Translations under genes and position numbers: made by a program
The notes under the pieces: model-generated
Databases searched by the model: none
What the model saw: the letters and a program-made list of their open reading frames with translations, nothing else
What the model was told of the DNA's origin: nothing
Shown: positions 63,281-64,000 of the stretch, one piece after another
Numbering within the stretch: the first letter of the stretch is position 1
How the letters are laid out: each line of letters starts with the position of its first letter
Source of the DNA: Mustelus asterias
Lineage: Eukaryota
Reading direction: 5' to 3'
Length of the DNA: 64,000 nt
Assembly: GCF_964213995.1 (NCBI RefSeq)
Contig: NC_135809.1
Location: 20,770,001 to 20,834,000 of the forward strand

Positions 63281-63419
63281 AGAAGTTAAAGTTCAACCCA
63301 ATGTTTCAAGTACGAATTCTTGCCCATTTCTCTGTCATTTTGGAAAGATCTCAGTAGCCACATGGATCATGTACAAGGTTCACCATGTAGAAGGTCATTG
63401 GGTAGATTTTCAGTTTGAT

Positions 63420-63742
63420 GGTGGCACAGTGGCCACAGTGGTTGGCACCGCTGCCTCACAGTACCAGGGACCCGGGTCAATTCTGCCTCGGGTCACAGTC
63501 TGCGTGGAATTTGCACATTCTCCCTGTGTCTGCATGGGTTTCCACCGGGTGCTCCAGTTTCCTTCCACAGTCCAAAGATGTGCGGGTTAGATTGATTAGC
63601 TGTGCTAAATTGACCCTAGTGTCAGGGGATTAGCAGGGTAAATATGTGAGTTTATGGGAATGGGGCCTGGGTGGGATTGAGGTCGGTATAGACTCGATGG
63701 GCCGAATGGACTTCTTCTATGCTGTAGGGATTCTATGATTCT
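63420..63742 (+). mobile_element. HE1-like V-SINE, CR1-type tail
   Basis: Near-full copy. Confidence 0.9.
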
Positions 63743-64000
63743 CTGATCTTGTCTCAAAACGTATGACCAAGCAATTACAGCATAACCAGAAAATATTCAA
63801 CATACTCCTGGCATGCTTTATCTTTCAAACTTACTAAACGCTGCTATTATATGTGGAATGGAGCCTAACTTCAGGGCCAGGCCAAGATCAAATTAGGACA
63901 GTGTCAGAAGACTGGTGGATAATTATTCCTCATCCCATGCTCGACCAAGCCAGGGATATCAAAAAGAACAATTAATTCAAGATCCTTTGGTGACATTCAG

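Overview
This is repeat-dense vertebrate DNA, almost certainly from a shark or other elasmobranch (inferred from about 21 HE1-type V-SINE copies and their partner CR1 LINEs). No host protein-coding gene can be confidently recognised. Every long, recognisably coding ORF is transposon-derived: CR1 ORF1/ORF2, a Rex1/Babar-type RT, a second CR1/L2-group LINE, a decayed Gypsy pol, and Harbinger transposase and Myb/SANT remnants. Further features are solo LTRs, MITE-like palindromes, a second tRNA-SINE family and DeuSINE-like relics, often nested several levels deep. The most interesting signal is two, possibly three, families of short, often inverted-repeat insertions with 11-14 bp target-site duplications (TSDs). 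They carry minimal hammerhead-ribozyme cores (CUGANGA-stem-GAAA, palindromic stem III, covarying stem I), the signature of Penelope-like retroelements. A few weak splice-site-bounded candidate exons lie in the TE-poor 36-43 kb zone. Family names were assigned by eye, with no database search, and boundaries are approximate unless TSDs are quoted.
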